From: Podarcis filfolensis | Taxonomy: Eukaryota | Length of the DNA stretch: 64,000 bases | Reading direction: 5' to 3' (one strand) | Assembly: GCA_964270895.1 (NCBI GenBank) | Contig: OZ185439.1 | Part shown: piece after piece, positions 12,791-27,439 of the stretch | Numbering within the stretch: position 1 is the first letter of the stretch | How the letters are laid out: each line of letters starts with the position of its first letter | Program-made: the position numbers and the translations under genes | The notes under the pieces: generated by a model | Databases searched by the model: none | Told to the model about the DNA's origin: nothing | What the model saw: the letters and a program-made list of their open reading frames with translations, nothing else

Positions 12791-14324
12791 GTAGTAGGAA
12801 AGGGAAATACTATATCTGAATATATATTTTATGCAGATTTGTTTTAATTCTTTTGCTGTTCTACTGACTTTTGCCTAACCAGCACACCATCTAAAATTAA
12901 TCTCTACCTGTTTTGACTAGGACTGACTAGTTTCTTTATAGTCTGGCTCTCAACTTTATAAAAATATTTATACACAACTAATTCACAAAGAAAATATTAA
13001 AGTGGTTCACAACAACTATTGACTTGTGCGCTTTACCTAAGCATGGAGACAAAACTGAGTCACAACTGGCTGTTGTATTTCCAGAGAGGGGGAAACCAGC
13101 CATTAGGTGTTTCTCCTTCCTAGGAGACCTTGATGCAACCTAAAACCTCCATATCAACTAAGAGAATCATTTGCAATCTGTCACCTCTTCCCACACTTCA
13201 TCTTAGTACTCTTATTAGCTACAAACATGAATGGCTTGACCCACCAACCCTTTTCTCTCTCACTCCTCCCACCATTTAGGATTTTACCACCTACTCTGAT
13301 GAAGGGTTATGGAGAACTTGCACACTATTTGGGGTTATTTTGGTTAGCATAATACAGATGTGGCCCCAAAATGGATTTTGGAGCCCACAAGGCCAGACTG
13401 TGTGAACCATACACAACACCAGAAGGGAGAAAGTAAAACTATTTGAAAAGAGCATACTAAGTTCTGGAACACTGTGAAAAACGGCTACACTATTGCCTTC
13501 TAATATGAAACTGTGGAATTACCGGTAATTTCTGTGCAGGCCGTAATGGGTGCCTTGTGCATTAAACTATTACAGTTCAGCTCCATTAAATGAACAAGAA
13601 GCAAACGTTTTTATTCAGGATAGACTAACTTATTGCAGTAAAGTTTGCTTAGTCTGTCAAACTATATTCTGATACAGTATGGACAGCTTGAGAGGATAAG
13701 AGCCCTGATAAGACCTTAAATCCATCTTGTTGGCCAGCAGCCCATTTCTATGGAATATCCACAGCTTCCATGCCTTGCAACAGCTTACCCTGTTATCTGG
13801 GCTCAGGATTTAGTATTCAAAAGTGTACTGACGCATTGCCCATTGTTTAGTTTTTATCCTTTTAAAAAAACTACTTTCATTTTAAAGCCAAGGACCGCAA
13901 CCATATCTTGTGGCAGTGAATTCCATAAATAATTTGTGTTCTTATGAGCACAAGAACTCTGCTAGACCAAACACATATCCAGTCCACCCCCTGGCTTTCC
14001 ACAATACCAACGGGACATCCATGGGGCCCTCAGGGCATGAGGGAAAGCGCCTTCTCCCGCTATTGCTCCCCAGCGAGTGGCACTCATGACACACGTTGCC
14101 CCTGACCCTAAATGGACATAACGATCAGTAACTATCCTGTGCCTAAATTCCCCTGTCAAAACACTCCACATACACAGCCATACATGGAGGAAACAGGAAG
14201 CCTAGCCTTTTTCCTTTCCCCTACAAACGAGCACAAAGTAATCACCAAAAACTACTAAACCAGCACAAAAGAAAGTTGCCCCTTTTAACCGCCCCTTTTC
14301 CCCCAAAGTGCTGTAATCTCTCCC

Positions 14325-15350
14325 CCTCCTCAAAACGGTCGACGCTGCGCCACTTACCCGCCAAAGAGCTCGGCGCGCTCCTATTGGCTCTCCGCCGCTA
14401 ACGGGCGTGTTTCCTAGGCGTCACGCGCACGGGACAGGGGAGGGGTGTCGGTGGGAGGTGAAGCCGGAAGGAAGTCTACCTCAGACGGCCGCCCTTCTCT
14501 TTTTAGCTCCTCCCTCTCCGCCTTCCTCCGCCCCCGTTTCCTTGAAACCCGGCTACGTACATGAGAGAGAGGCGGGGGGAGTCATAGTCAGCGCGAGTCC
14601 GGGAAAGAGGCATCTGGCGGAAATGGAGTGGAACCGCGCGTGCGTAGTTTAGTGTCAAAGCGAGGCGGTTGTGAGTGGAGCGGGAGGAGAGCGAGTTGGG
14701 AGTGGCTTTTCTACCAGGCTCTCGGTCGAGAGTGGCTGAGGAGAGTGCGCGTGCGTGACTGTAGTTGGGAGCGAGCGAGGGAGGGAGAGAAGCGAAGCGC
14801 AGCCGGGCTCGGGTGGTGGTTGGAGGCGGGGGGAGGAGGAGAGGAAATCGGCATAAGGAGGCTTATTGCTCTGCCCCGCCCCCACAGAGGAAGTGGGAAC
14901 ACAGAAGGCGGCGGCGAAGACGAAGACGCCGGATCCGTCTCGGGCCGGGTGAGAGGCTGAAATGAGCTTCCCTGTGGGTCGTGGGCTCCTTTATTCGCAG
15001 CGCTTTTCCTTTCCCACTTCCTACCCCCCCCAATACTAAAAAAAGTGGGGCTTGTTGTCGCTACGACCGTTGGTACTAATTCTCCGGAGGGGGGGAGGTC
15101 TCCTTCAGCCCAGACTCCTATGGCTTTTCTTTTCCACACAGAAGTGAAGCGGGGGGGGGGAGAGATTTATTTCACACGCCCCCTGCTTTGTGGAGTAGCT
15201 CCACTTTATCCCTCAAAAACTCCGGTGGAGCCCCTCCCTCACGCCTTAAAGCAAAATCCATGATTGACTTTGAATTGTTGTGGGGATTGGTTAAGTGTCT
15301 TTCGGGGAGGGACCGGAGAGTTCGTGAGTTGTCAAGGCGGGACGGTCTTT
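14325..15350. promoter_or_regulatory. CpG island / putative bidirectional promoter of STN1 and SLK
   Basis: Abrupt rise in GC and CpG. ATTGG (CCAAT) at ~14383, CGTCA (CRE half-site) at ~14419, CCGGAAG (ETS/GABP-type) at ~14464, GC boxes, and GCGCGTGCG (NRF1-like) at ~14636 and ~14747. Confidence 0.85.
14358..14430 (-). other. STN1: Probable non-coding first exon of STN1 (5' end not determined)
   Basis: Consensus donor CGG|GTAAGT on the minus strand (GT at 14357-14356) at the left edge of the only CpG island in the window. The TSS is inferred, not seen. Confidence 0.55.
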
Positions 15351-16053
15351 CTCACTTTCCTCTTCTCTCCAACAGGCGAAACTGGCTCCCAACGCCCATT
15401 GAATAAGGAGTCTTTTTATTTTATTTTACCCAAAACATGAAGGAGGATGTGCAGTCTTCACAGTGTTGGAGTCCTGAAGCTGTTTCATCAAGCGAAAGGA
15501 GGCTTGTCCTGAAATGGTGCCTATAATCCTTGTTGCTAAATAAGTAGTATTGGAGTAGTAGGATTTGAATACTGCTGTCTGCCCTTTCGTTGTTTGGCAC
15601 AAGTATCCTCCACCAGATGTTTTGCTACACCACCAAAAATATTGTGCTGGTGTGTTTTTTCCAGCCCCAAGACTGCCACAACTGATGGCTGTAGACCATC
15701 AATGTACTTTATCTAGTAGCATCTTTGGGGCCTTGCCATGTACTATGGTATGGTTATTATGAGCAAGAAATTTGCGATCAAATGATTCTTTGGCTTTTAA
15801 AGCTAGAGAGATAGACTTGAAAGAAGTTGTTCTACTTGACATTGGATTATTGTATACTTCATCTAAAAATTAAGGTCAAAAACTCTTTCTGTTGGTTTGC
15901 TGGCAGCATCAAAGTTCTCACGTGACATAACTGCCACAATTGTGTGCCTTTTATCCCTTTGGATCATAAAGCAAGGAAGAAAGGTGTTGGAAAAAGCCAA
16001 ACTGTTGTCTACTCTGAGGTTTTGATACAGTTTTTGAGTTACTGGTAGTTTAA

Positions 16054-16278
<225 letters not shown>

Positions 16279-17149
16279 TAACCTGTAACTTGGGAACATC
16301 TCATTATATCATAAAGATTTCATTATCCTTAGAATGATTTTGGTTGTTCTGTTGTTTACATCTTAGGGCAAATATAGTTTTTCTTTTGATCATGCCAGCC
16401 TTCCAACTCTACAGTTCTTTGATTCTATGAATTGTCGCAGTTTAGAATAATAGAAATATGAGATGGAAAAGTATTGGATCATTAATCCACCCTTTTTTTC
16501 CTCTTTGGTATTGCAAAGTTGTTCTTGTTGGCTGGTTTTTCAACTATGACTGGTTTTGAATTTCATTTATAAAAAATAGAAGAGTTTCTTGCATGTATAT
16601 ATGCTGGATTCTCTTCATTTCACCACTGTCAAAATACAGGCCTTACTAGATGCAGTTTGTTATGAAAGCATGAAATTAGTTTCTTTCAACAAAGTACATT
16701 GCTAGGGGGGAAATACTCAATTTTGTGTGTGTTTTTCATATAACATTGTTTTTGTATGACTTCTGCAAGTGCTGCTTATCACTTCAACCTTCCTTTCTCT
16801 AGATGACAAGCTGCTTTCTAAACAGTTGGCTTAGGCTTAGCAAGATCTTTATGAAGTAACTCCTAAAAGGAAGAATCCCATTCCTCATAGATACAGTACT
16901 ATGCCTTTGGTTTTGAATTGCTGATTTATGGTGGTTGGGGGAATATATGTGAATATATGCAAAACAGCATTTTAAAGCATGAGCTCATCAGAGAGCAGAA
17001 TTGAGAGGTTTGCATATTAGAGATTGGTAGAACAAGTATTAAGTGTTTTCAGGAAAAACACACTCAGAGGAAGCAATAATACAATTTTCAGGCATCTCAT
17101 TCTTTAGTGCATGGTGCTAATTTTACAAATTATCTTTTAAGGACATCCA

Positions 17150-17345
17150 GCTTACTGGTTGTCACTACATCTTATAAGAGCCAATTCTATAGTTTCGTTA
17201 TGTAGGAGGTAGTATACCTCTGTGTACCAGTTGTTGGCATTTGAAAGTGGGGAAGAATGTGCTCAGATCCTGCTTTGAAACTTCCTCTAGGCATCTTGTG
17301 AGAATAGGTTACTGGACTAGATGGGTCTATGGTCTGAGTCATATG
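17150..17345 (+). mobile_element. Old CR1 3' end
   Basis: GGCATCTTGTGAGAATAGG...TGGACTAGATGGGTCTATGGTCTGA. Confidence 0.5.
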
Positions 17346-17375
17346 ATAGTATTTCAGTACTGTACTCTTCATTTT

Positions 17376-18005
17376 GGTGTGGGACTGAGATTGCCTTGTT
17401 CAAAAAGATCAAATATCTAGGAATTTGGATCTCTACAAAAATATATGTATCTATATATCAATAATTATGTGGAAGTATGGATGGAGATCAAAAAAGACCT
17501 GGGAATTTGGAGTAGACTAAATCTATTGTTATGGGGAAGAATCTTGACTATCAAGATTTCAGTGCTGCCAAAAATGCTATTCTTATTCCAAATGATCCCT
17601 ATAATAAGCAGGACAAGCTGCTTTAAATAGTGGCAGAAAGAACGAGCAAAGCTCATATGGCAAGGCAAAAAACCTAGAATTAAGTATAAACTTTTGACGG
17701 AGAAAAAGGACAGAGGGGGCTTTGCATTGCTGGACCTCAAATTATACTATGAAGCTGTATGTCTTTGCTCGACAAAGGAATGGATGATTTTGAAAAACAC
17801 AAATATATTGGACATAGAGGGGTGGGATAATAGATTCGGCTGGCAGGGGTATTTGGGCTATAACAGAGTGAAAGCACATAGAGGCTTCCTCGAGCATATA
17901 ATTAGAAAATACTCAGCCTGGGAATGATACCAAAAAGTTAATAGAACCAAATACACCACGGTGGTTATCGCCTTTGGAGGCTTTTGCTGTAAAGAAAAGT
18001 TTGTT
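17376..18005 (+). mobile_element. L1-clade LINE ORF2 fragment (decayed)
   Basis: LNLLLWGRILTIKISVLPKMLFLFQMIP...IWQGKKPRI...RGGFALLDLKLYYEA, with internal stops. Confidence 0.8.
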
Positions 18006-18199
18006 AGGATTTTGACATGGTACAAAAGAAAATGAAATAAAGTGAGAAGAAGCTGTTAAGAGGTAGAGGGAAGTCAATAATTATTATTTAAAGTATGCAA
18101 ATATGCATAGAAAAATAATGTGGAAGACATATGTCAATGTAAAAGGAATTGTTGATGTGTATTTTAAATTGCAAAAATATCATTTAAAAAAAGAGATTG

Positions 18200-18965
18200 C
18201 CTTGTTCACCCTGTTGGGTGACCTGTCCTGGGAGATGGAGGACTGTGATCCTGTTGATTCCCCTTAACCTCTCATTTGGTTGGTAGTACTACTGTTCTTG
18301 CAATATATATTTAATCTGTTATATGCCAGGTTGCACTCCCAGCATCAGGCTCATAGATTTGGGGGTGGTTCCTGGATCTGCCCTATTTATGCAGATGCCT
18401 GTGACATAACTATCTGGTCTACTATCTTGCACCCTTTCATTGAGAAATCAGATCAAGTCTCATTTGTTCATGGCTTAGTCACTCCCAGGTTGGATTATGT
18501 AAAGTATCCTACATGGGGCTCCTCTTGAACACAGTTCAATTGGTTCAGAATACTGCTGCGAAACTGTTATCTGGAGTCACCAGGAATTTGGTTGTACTAA
18601 CTTAACAGCTTTTGATTTCTTTCCAGGCTCAATTCAAGAGGTTGATTGGGCCTTAAATGCTCTGACAGCCTGGACTGGACAAATCAGCTTGAGGTTTGCT
18701 GTCCTTCTGCTGACACAGGTGCAGCTAGTTGGAATGAGAGAGGCCTTTTCGATGGTTGCACCCAGGTTATGGAATAATTTCTCCTGGGACGTTTATATGC
18801 CTCTTCATACCTGCTTTCAAACATGCCTTGAAAACTGTTGCTTTCAGTGGGCATTTTTTAACTGAGAAATTTTGAATACAGTAGTTCGTTTGCTCTCTGC
18901 TGGTTTCATTAGATTCTACTTGATTATATTGTTTTGTTTTTGTATTTAGCCACCTTAACTGCATT
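18200..18965 (+). mobile_element. Old L2 3' fragment
   Basis: Remnant VTPRLDY...QLVQNTAAKLL motif with frameshifts, ending in an L2-type 3' end. Confidence 0.6.
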
Positions 18966-19109
18966 TGCATAGAAAGCCAGTGTAAGTGTTGGAATACCCA
19001 AAGCTAAATCTTTGTTTTAGCTTTTCATTAGCATTAAAAGAGGAACATAAAATACTACCAAAAAATCACTTTCACTTTAGAAAATTATGGTGGAGAGATA
19101 TAGCCCTGT

Positions 19110-19215
19110 TTAGGGAAGTTTTTAATGTTTGATGCTTTGATGTATTTTTAACCTTCTGTTGGAAGCCACCCAGAGTGGCTGGGGAAACCCAGCCAGATGG
19201 GTTGGGTAGAAATAA

Positions 19216-19262
<47 letters not shown>
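19110..19262 (+). mobile_element. L2 3' terminus with (TTA)n tail
   Basis: GCCACCCAGAGTGGCTGGGGAAACCCAGCCAGATGGG...AAATAAA(TTA)n. Confidence 0.75.
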
Positions 19263-19263
<1 letters not shown>

Positions 19264-19267
19264 GCAC

Positions 19268-19395
19268 AAGGACACGGTGGGAAACCTGTGGGCTTCCAGG
19301 TATTGTAAGACTCCATCTCCCAGTAGCCATTGTCAGTATGGTTAGTAGCTGGGGATGATGGGAGTTGTGATTTAGCAACTCCCAGAACACCATAT
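19268..19395. mobile_element. Decayed copy of the same palindromic MITE family
   Basis: GGGAAACCTGTGG...GGGGATGATGGGAGTTGT core. Confidence 0.55.
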
Positions 19396-22300
19396 ATTGC
19401 ACATCCTGATACAGCATTTCTGTGGAACATGGTTTAAAGTGTGTCTTGTATGACTCATTCATACAGTTATAGATGCCAATCTCCTGAACATATTGCATCA
19501 TGTTAGCTTCTGGAAGTTTTGCACATGCAGTGCTATTCTCTTCAACTTTAGTGAAAAGTACCATAATTGTTTAAGGCTGTACGTTTGATATTTTAATCAT
19601 CCAATTCCTTGCTTTAATCATGGAGTATGCTTTCATCTTCCTGAGCAGCACAGAAATCTTGGATTCAGTATGGGATTAAGATTCATAACAGTAGAAAAGA
19701 CTAGCTACGCTTATCTATTATTGCACATCAGACACAACATTCTCAATTCCTGCAATGAGTTGAAAACAAAAGCAACTAACTTCCTCTGTTATACACAAGC
19801 ACAGAAATCTTATTAGTTTACATCCCACCTTTCTTCCCAAAGAAGCCCAAGATGGCATATCAGTATACATAATAGTACAATTGATATTATCCAGGGTTAA
19901 TAATTTTTAATTCTTCAAGTCAAGGAAGTATGGTGTACATGCTGATTCTTGCCATCTTTCATTAGTCACTTATGAGCTGGGTGTATACCTCATGAGTAAT
20001 CTGGAGTCTTTCTTTCACACTTCAGTACATGGAGTGTGTATGTAGAATGTATCCACCCATCCCTTTATAAAGCAAGTCATTTTCTCCAAGGTATGAGTTA
20101 ATTCTTGTTAACCTCAAACATTTATTTTAAGAGGAGGAAGCAAGGTACCAAAAGGGTGTATTAGCTGTTCATGTATATATTTTTGCTAAAATATATTTTT
20201 ATGGTAGAAAAAACTCATGATTCCAGTTTTGTCTTGAATATAGCACTTCTAGGACACTATTTTCTGAGCAGTCTCCTAGTGCCATGGTTTGGGATTTCCT
20301 AAAGCCATTTTGTGGTTTTATTTGCTCAGATTTCAGTTTCTTTTTCATGCTGCATATTTATCTCTGAATTGAATAAGGAACTATGAATAAACTTTATAGA
20401 TTTCTGCCATCTGTCAGTTTCTGTTTCCCAAGATGTGGAAATGACCATCAGTTGTACAATTAAGCATTTGTTAAAACAGTAGTTAATTTTTTCTTCCAGC
20501 TGTCTGTTGCTATTCTCCACTTAATTATCCATTTTTAGTTTTGTGCCTTAGACTGGCCTCTAATCTCTGTAAACGATTTCTAGGAGACTTGTGGAATTCT
20601 GCAACAATAAGCAGAATGGGTAGAATATGGTTTTCAACATATTGATAGCATTTAATATACTTTCAGGACAGAATAAATATATATAAAAACATTTTACATT
20701 ATAAGCCATAATTGAGCCTATTTTTTAAAAACCTGCATTTTGTTGAGTAAAAAAAAAAAGGCATTCTGTAAACTATTATTTTATGGGATTTGATTTACTG
20801 ACTAATAAGAGGCGATATCCAAGTTATGCTAAGAGTAGATAATTATTTAAAGCCATTGATTAATGGCTGGGCTCTGAGTGTTACCAACGTTAGCACCCGT
20901 GATTTTATAACAGGACACAATTAACTCTATCAAGGCTGCATAAAGGTATCTCTATAACTATTCATCTTATAACTGTATAAATAGTATAGTGCTTTTCATT
21001 TCTTTATAAAGAATGCCATTATGTTAGCACTGGGCAGGTTTTAGGTCTGTCTAGATTGGTGTGGGAAACCTCTGCCCTTGGATGTCCTAGTAGACCTATG
21101 AGTCCCATTTCCACCAAAGAACACTGACCTGCCAATCAGTTAACATCACTGAGTGGTATCAGGTAATGAACTGGGCATGGAGTTGAATTCCCCACAGGGA
21201 ATGTATTGGCAAAGCAGACCCCACCCCCATGGGTCACCCCACTCACCTGTCAGAGTTGACCCACAAGGTGGGGGAAAGTAAAGGTCTGCTCCCCCAGCCA
21301 AAAAGATTTCCTACTTCTGGTCTAGATATTCCAAAGAGGAATATGGATTGGATGTGTATTGGGGATCCAGGGTTGTCAGTAATCCATCAATCAAAATGTT
21401 GTGGCCCTGTTGTGTTTATTTTGACTTTTTAAAAGAATAAGATAACTTCAGTTGAATTTAAAGTAGTAAATTTGATATAATTCATAAAAGCTAATAAAGG
21501 AAACCCAACAAAACAAGCTGAAAGTTGTGACATTCGTAACTAGGGAGAAGGGCACTGAGACTGCTACCCAAAGCAGTTCACTAACTGATATATGTGGAAA
21601 CTTTTGCAGAATTCGTTTTCGAAAGCTACACTGTTTCAGTATTTTGGTGATTTCAAACTTGATCTGGGTAAGAATCCAAATTAAATTCACTATAATTTGA
21701 AAAAGTAGCAGTTATATTAAACTAAATCAAACTTCTGGAAGCTTAGATGTTTTATTTTTCTTGTCATTTTATTGTTATGTGATGTCATCTTACACACTAT
21801 TTCCTGAATTGAAGTGAACAAATGTTTCAAACTTTCATTAAGGCAATTTTTATGCATATGGTTTTTATCAGTAGGAAGAGAAATATTCCTCTGGGGCTTC
21901 TAATTGAGTTCTAATGGTAAGGGACCCATTATAATAAAAGCAAGACTTGCTCTTGGTGATCATATTACATGCTTGAACATTAGATAGCAACAAATGTTTG
22001 CCTCGGGTTACAGAATTTTCAGCCATTTCCTTTCTCCAGACTGAAAAGCTTTATATTGGCATGTTTTTATTTCTGAAGAAAGCATTATGAATAGGCTGTT
22101 CAGTAGACAGTGGCTGCTGTGTTGGTTGGAAATGACAGAAGATACAAAGCAGATAAATATTGCATCTGACAAAGGGGCTATTATGTATGAAAGCTCATGT
22201 GACAATGCAACTGTTAGTCTTTAAGGTGACACAAAACACCCTGCAGGTCAATCATACTGAAGCAACCTAAGGAGGCATCTGTATGCAAAATTCTGAGTTG

Positions 22301-25300
22301 CATAGAATGCTTTATTAGCATATTGTGATGTTGACATTACTGCTTCCAGCACTATTTCCCTCTGCTCACAACTTAGTCAAACAAACAGGTTGTTCTTTTT
22401 AATTCCTCGAATTACACTGTATAGCATAGTAGTCACAAAGTGCGCACATTTGTATCATGCCAAGTGTATTGCAGTTCTGCTCTCAAGATGTATGTGGAAA
22501 TAATGTGAGGTTTGTATTCTAATACAGCCAAGAATATGGGATTAACGCTATATAGATTTCTTGGTTGTTGGTTTAAAATATTAATTTATCTGTAGATATG
22601 TTACCTGTGAATCTAAGCCATCTTTAAAAAAGCATTAGTATAATTTATTCTGTTTGTTATGAAGACATTTGTCCTGGGACAGCAGAGCTGTGTACTCCAA
22701 CTCTGCCTTTTGCACAGGGGCCAAAGGCCACTGGGAGGATTCATCCTCTTCCTCCTATCATAGTAAGGGGAGACCAGTCTGAATCCATCAGCCAGTAAAG
22801 GAGCAGCTACCTCCTTGTCACAAAGAATACTGAACAACTCTTGGTTGCTCAGGGACAGCAAAACTGTAGGAAAGTATGGCCTAGTCTCATCTACTGTTGG
22901 GGAACTAATACAGATGAGTAGGTGTTGATTATTTCAGTCAATTGTAAGCCACTGTGAATATTATTTGATCAAATGACAGGGTGTCAGTCTTATTGGAACA
23001 GCATTGGGTCTAAATCTGGTTTGTGTGCATGCATATGTAGAGTACATAATTATTAGGCAATAAAGTTTTGCAGTGGTTATAAAGAACCACTAGGGAACAT
23101 TTGTACTGATTGGCTCTTTGGTATGTGACCAAAATGGCAACATTAGAGACAGCAGAATAGCATTAGAATGGTAGGATGGGTGGTAAGGTGATAGTGCTTT
23201 TTCCATTGTAGCATTTTGATTATGGAATTTTCTTCATAGGGAGGCTTGCCTGAAAAAGATTAAAATGCGTTTTTGAATTGTCATCTTAAATAGATTGGAA
23301 GCTATTGGCAGTCATGTTGAGACTGGCAAGCTTCTTCTACTTTCTTTTTGCCCATCCTCATTGGGAGCCTAACTACTTAATTTTGAACCAGATGCATTGC
23401 TTAAAGACAGCCCCATGTATATGTTGTATAAATGGAATGTGACCAGAGCATAGATAATTGTAAGTCTTAGCTGCCTGCTGGAAGGCAAGCAGCAATGAGA
23501 TTAGATTAAACTTCATTAGGCACAATCCATGTTTCTGTTAGCTGAAAAATAGGCAAAAGGGAGGGGACAGTGAGAAAGTTAATGTGGCAGTACATAGTCC
23601 ACAAAAGTATTAGGCTTTAACCTTTCTGTGCAACAAAATGGAGGCATTTTGACAATTTTTGAAGAGAAGACTAAATCCTTGGGGTGCAAGATTTGCTTTT
23701 ACTGTCCTGAAATGATCCTAGTGCCATCAGTCCCATCCCACCAAGCAATATTGCATCACTCAGGGATTTTAGTAAAAATGTCAGCTGCTATGAATAACTC
23801 CAGGCAGAAGTTGTACTTTCTCCACTTCCAAATTCTTTTCAGGGGATTCCCTTTCCCTCCACTCACATCCCAATTCTACATAGGAGCTTTCAGCTAAGCC
23901 TTACATTCTAAAGCAGGATGGTGAATCTTTGGCCATCAGTTGTTGTTGGGCTCCAACTTACATTGGTTCTAGCTAGCTGAATTAATGGCAGTTGTGGATG
24001 GCAACCTCTTAAGGATCTTAAGTAAACGTCACTCATCCTCATGCTTCTCATTCACTTGGCTCCTTTCCCCTCACTCTGCCACCACCCACTAACTATCCTG
24101 TCTTGGTTTGCAGTGGAGATGGTGCTTAGCACTGGACAGTGCTTTGGAAAATGCATGCAGCTTCTTTTATCTTTGTTCCAGTGTTTAAAAAGTCATGCTT
24201 TTAAGACAAAGGGCAATGCATGCAATCTCCTTAACACTGTCATGTGTAACACAGTGTGTCATAGTGAAACAATTGTGTGCATGTGTGCGTGTGCCTGCGG
24301 CTTCTAACATTGGAGCTATTGACTTTGAAGCCACAAGGGAGAATAAGCCCAATACATAGTTTCTGTTGCACTGTTGTTTTGGGAAGTACGGTACTTTGGA
24401 AATGGCATGTAAAGTTCTATCCTGCCTGCATTAGAGTTGTCTGGATGCCATGGGGGGCAGGAAAGTCTGATAATGGCATTGTGTGCCCAGATTTCCTAAT
24501 CCCTTGGTTCTCAAATCAGATGATTGGTCAGGATGCACAAAAGTGTCCCAAGCACCAGCAATATTTACACTAAAGTTATTTTTAGAGTGATGGCAGACGG
24601 AAGAGATAAGATGAGGAGAAAGAATAAATAGTCTCTGTTTGCAGGAAGGGTATTGACCTGGCTCTTGTCACTTTTACTGATAGCATGATTTCCCAAATCT
24701 TTGACAGATACAGTAATACTAACCAGTGCAACAGAAGAAAGAAATGTGTGGAAATATTGAAGAGGCTATTTCCATGTACTTGATTGATGATGGAAAATCT
24801 GCACCTAGTAGGGGCAGACAGATAAAAGGATATATAAAAGGCAAAAAGTTAAGTAATCTGTCCCTTCAGTGCAATCCTGTGAACATCAACCCAGAAGTAT
24901 ATGTGCCACTGAACTAAATGGAGCTTCCCCTCAAATAGAAAACTCTAGGGTTGCAGCCTTAGGGTCAGATTCAATCACCCCATTCTACTAGCAGTGCAAA
25001 CACTCCCACTGGTGCAACAGGGATGGTACTCTCTGTATCTTCTTTAAATCCGCTCTGGAGGGTTGGGAGAGCCCGCCCCCAATAGGATTCCGTGGGGAGG
25101 AGATTGTTACCTAAGCAGTCTCCATAATCCTACATAGAATTCCCTAGTCCACTCTTAATGTGTTGCCTGTTTCTTTGTTTTAGCATTCTCATGTTAATAA
25201 GAGTTTCTCCATTTGAAAGAAGACATTTTGACCCAAACATAATAGTTACTTTAATATAGTCTTAAAGCTTGATAATTATGGATAAAATATTAACACTTGC

Positions 25301-27439
25301 AGAATTATGCTTAGGTGTGTTGCCTTTATGCATATAGATGCAGTACATTTGGTTGCTTAATTTACATCATACTTAAGTTCAAAACTCAAACTGGTAGAAC
25401 ACAGTTATCACCTCTTGGAGAAAAATCTTCTCAATTCTGTGTATAATTGTGTTCTGTTCTGCCAACAGCAGCTTTTATAAAGGTGCTCTTACATCGGGTC
25501 TGTAGCATTCAATCTGTGGTCCTATTAAGCTCAACGAACTTGTAATACTGTATTTTTACTATTTGGAAATAATGGAATGTTTTCAAATTCATCTAACTTC
25601 AGATAGGCCAGTCAAGGGAGATAAATGCTGTATGAAAACTGTTTAGATAGATGTTTACTACAAAAAAAATTATTATAACCTAATATTTACTGGTGTTTGA
25701 GTGGTGTTTTATTGATGCTTTACTGAATTAATTTTCCTTTTGCATGTTGTATGTTGCCTTGATAAACATTTACGAAAGCAGACTATAAATACATACATAA
25801 TTAAAATATATGCTTATGATTTTGTGCCATGAACTATGCTACGTACTTGTAACTTTATAAATTAAAGTCTTGACACTTATTAAACATCAATGCAGTTTTC
25901 AAATTAGACCCTGCTTAAAATTATTTGTAAACTGTTGTTTCCCAACTTTCAAAGTTGATTTTAATTCTGCAGAAGGAAAAATGAATCACTGTGTGATAAA
26001 TGTGTTTGCCTAGTACACATTCCTGTATAAAGCCTCTTTTACAAGTAGTACTTGAAAAGCTAGTCATGCAGTTTTGTTACTTGTTTGTTGGCCTATTAAT
26101 GAGGAAAGCATGTGAGAGGGTTCTGCTGGTAAACTGAGAGTTAGAATGTGAGAGGAATAAAGTGACAACTTAAAAAGTTGTATAATATGCTTGCGGAAAC
26201 TGTTGGAAGTTAGTCTAGTCATTTTTTTTCACTGATAAGATTCACTTCTACATTTATATTGATGCTAGTTACTACTTCATAGTTCAGTGAAACTATGGAA
26301 GAAAAACAACGGAGTTTTGTTTCATTCCTCAAGCTTTTCTGCAACTGTATTCACAGTTTAACCTCCATAATCATTTAGTGGAGACCGTACTACACAATTA
26401 TCTGTACACAGATTTACTCTTGTGGCATAACACAAATATTATTTGCATTCACTGTCCCCATGTCTGATCTCTAAGGTACAAGACTCTAGACTTGATAGAT
26501 GTTCTTGAGTGCTTGAAAATGTTTCGGAAAACAGGAAGATCTGAAAAAAATCCTAAAATGAAGAGGTTATTGCTTTGTCATGCTTTACATGTGGACGGTC
26601 CCAGGTTAAGTCCTACACACCTCCAGTTTAAAGTATCTTAGCGGGTGGCTGGGTTGGAAAGACTGAGATCTTGGAAGGTCACTGCCAGTGTGACTGAACA
26701 GAAAGCAATTCTCTACAGAAAACAAATACTGGCCCTTAAGGCTATGGTCTTTAGGTATGCTGGTTTATTTTTAGTAGCTTATAATGATGGGTTTACCCAC
26801 ATATAGAACAGGGGTAGGAAACTTTCATCTAGACCCTTCTATGAGTATGTGTGTATGATGATATAAAAAAGATTCACCATTCCTGATATAGGTATTACAT
26901 GACACCTGGGTCGGTTATTAGGCCAGCAAAAATACTGGCCATAGCTTACAAAAGCAAAATCTAGACTCCATCACAGTAACAAAAATCTAATATGAGTGGA
27001 GTATTGTTGATTTATTTGGTTTGGTGCTTCACTTCCTTTCCCAATACTTTGAAGCTGCATTGTGAGTATGTCATTCGCTCAGTAAAGCATTTGCAGTTAT
27101 TTAGGGAGGCCGACTTACAATCTGGAATGATTCATGCACAAACCACATTGAACAGCCATTGAAGATCAACTAATACAGTAAATTAAGATGTTTTTCTTTT
27201 TTTAAAAAAGTCCAGCATCTCTGAACTATGGTTTCTGTGATATCTCCTCCCAAAAATTAAATTACCAATGCAGTTATACAGACCACTACAAAAAAATAAA
27301 ATGAGCATTACAAATTGAAGTGATAGAAGTCAAGCTGCAGATTTGCTTCTTGCAGGCATACTAAATAGTTCATTCCTTTCTGTGGGCAGCATCTTCCAGC
27401 CACAGGGGACTTAAGGTAATGCTACTATAGAACTGTACA

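Noticed and set aside
14407-15406. Several 60-142 aa ORFs in the CpG island
   Set aside because: Stop codons are scarce in GC-rich DNA. The products are low-complexity with no homology I recognise.
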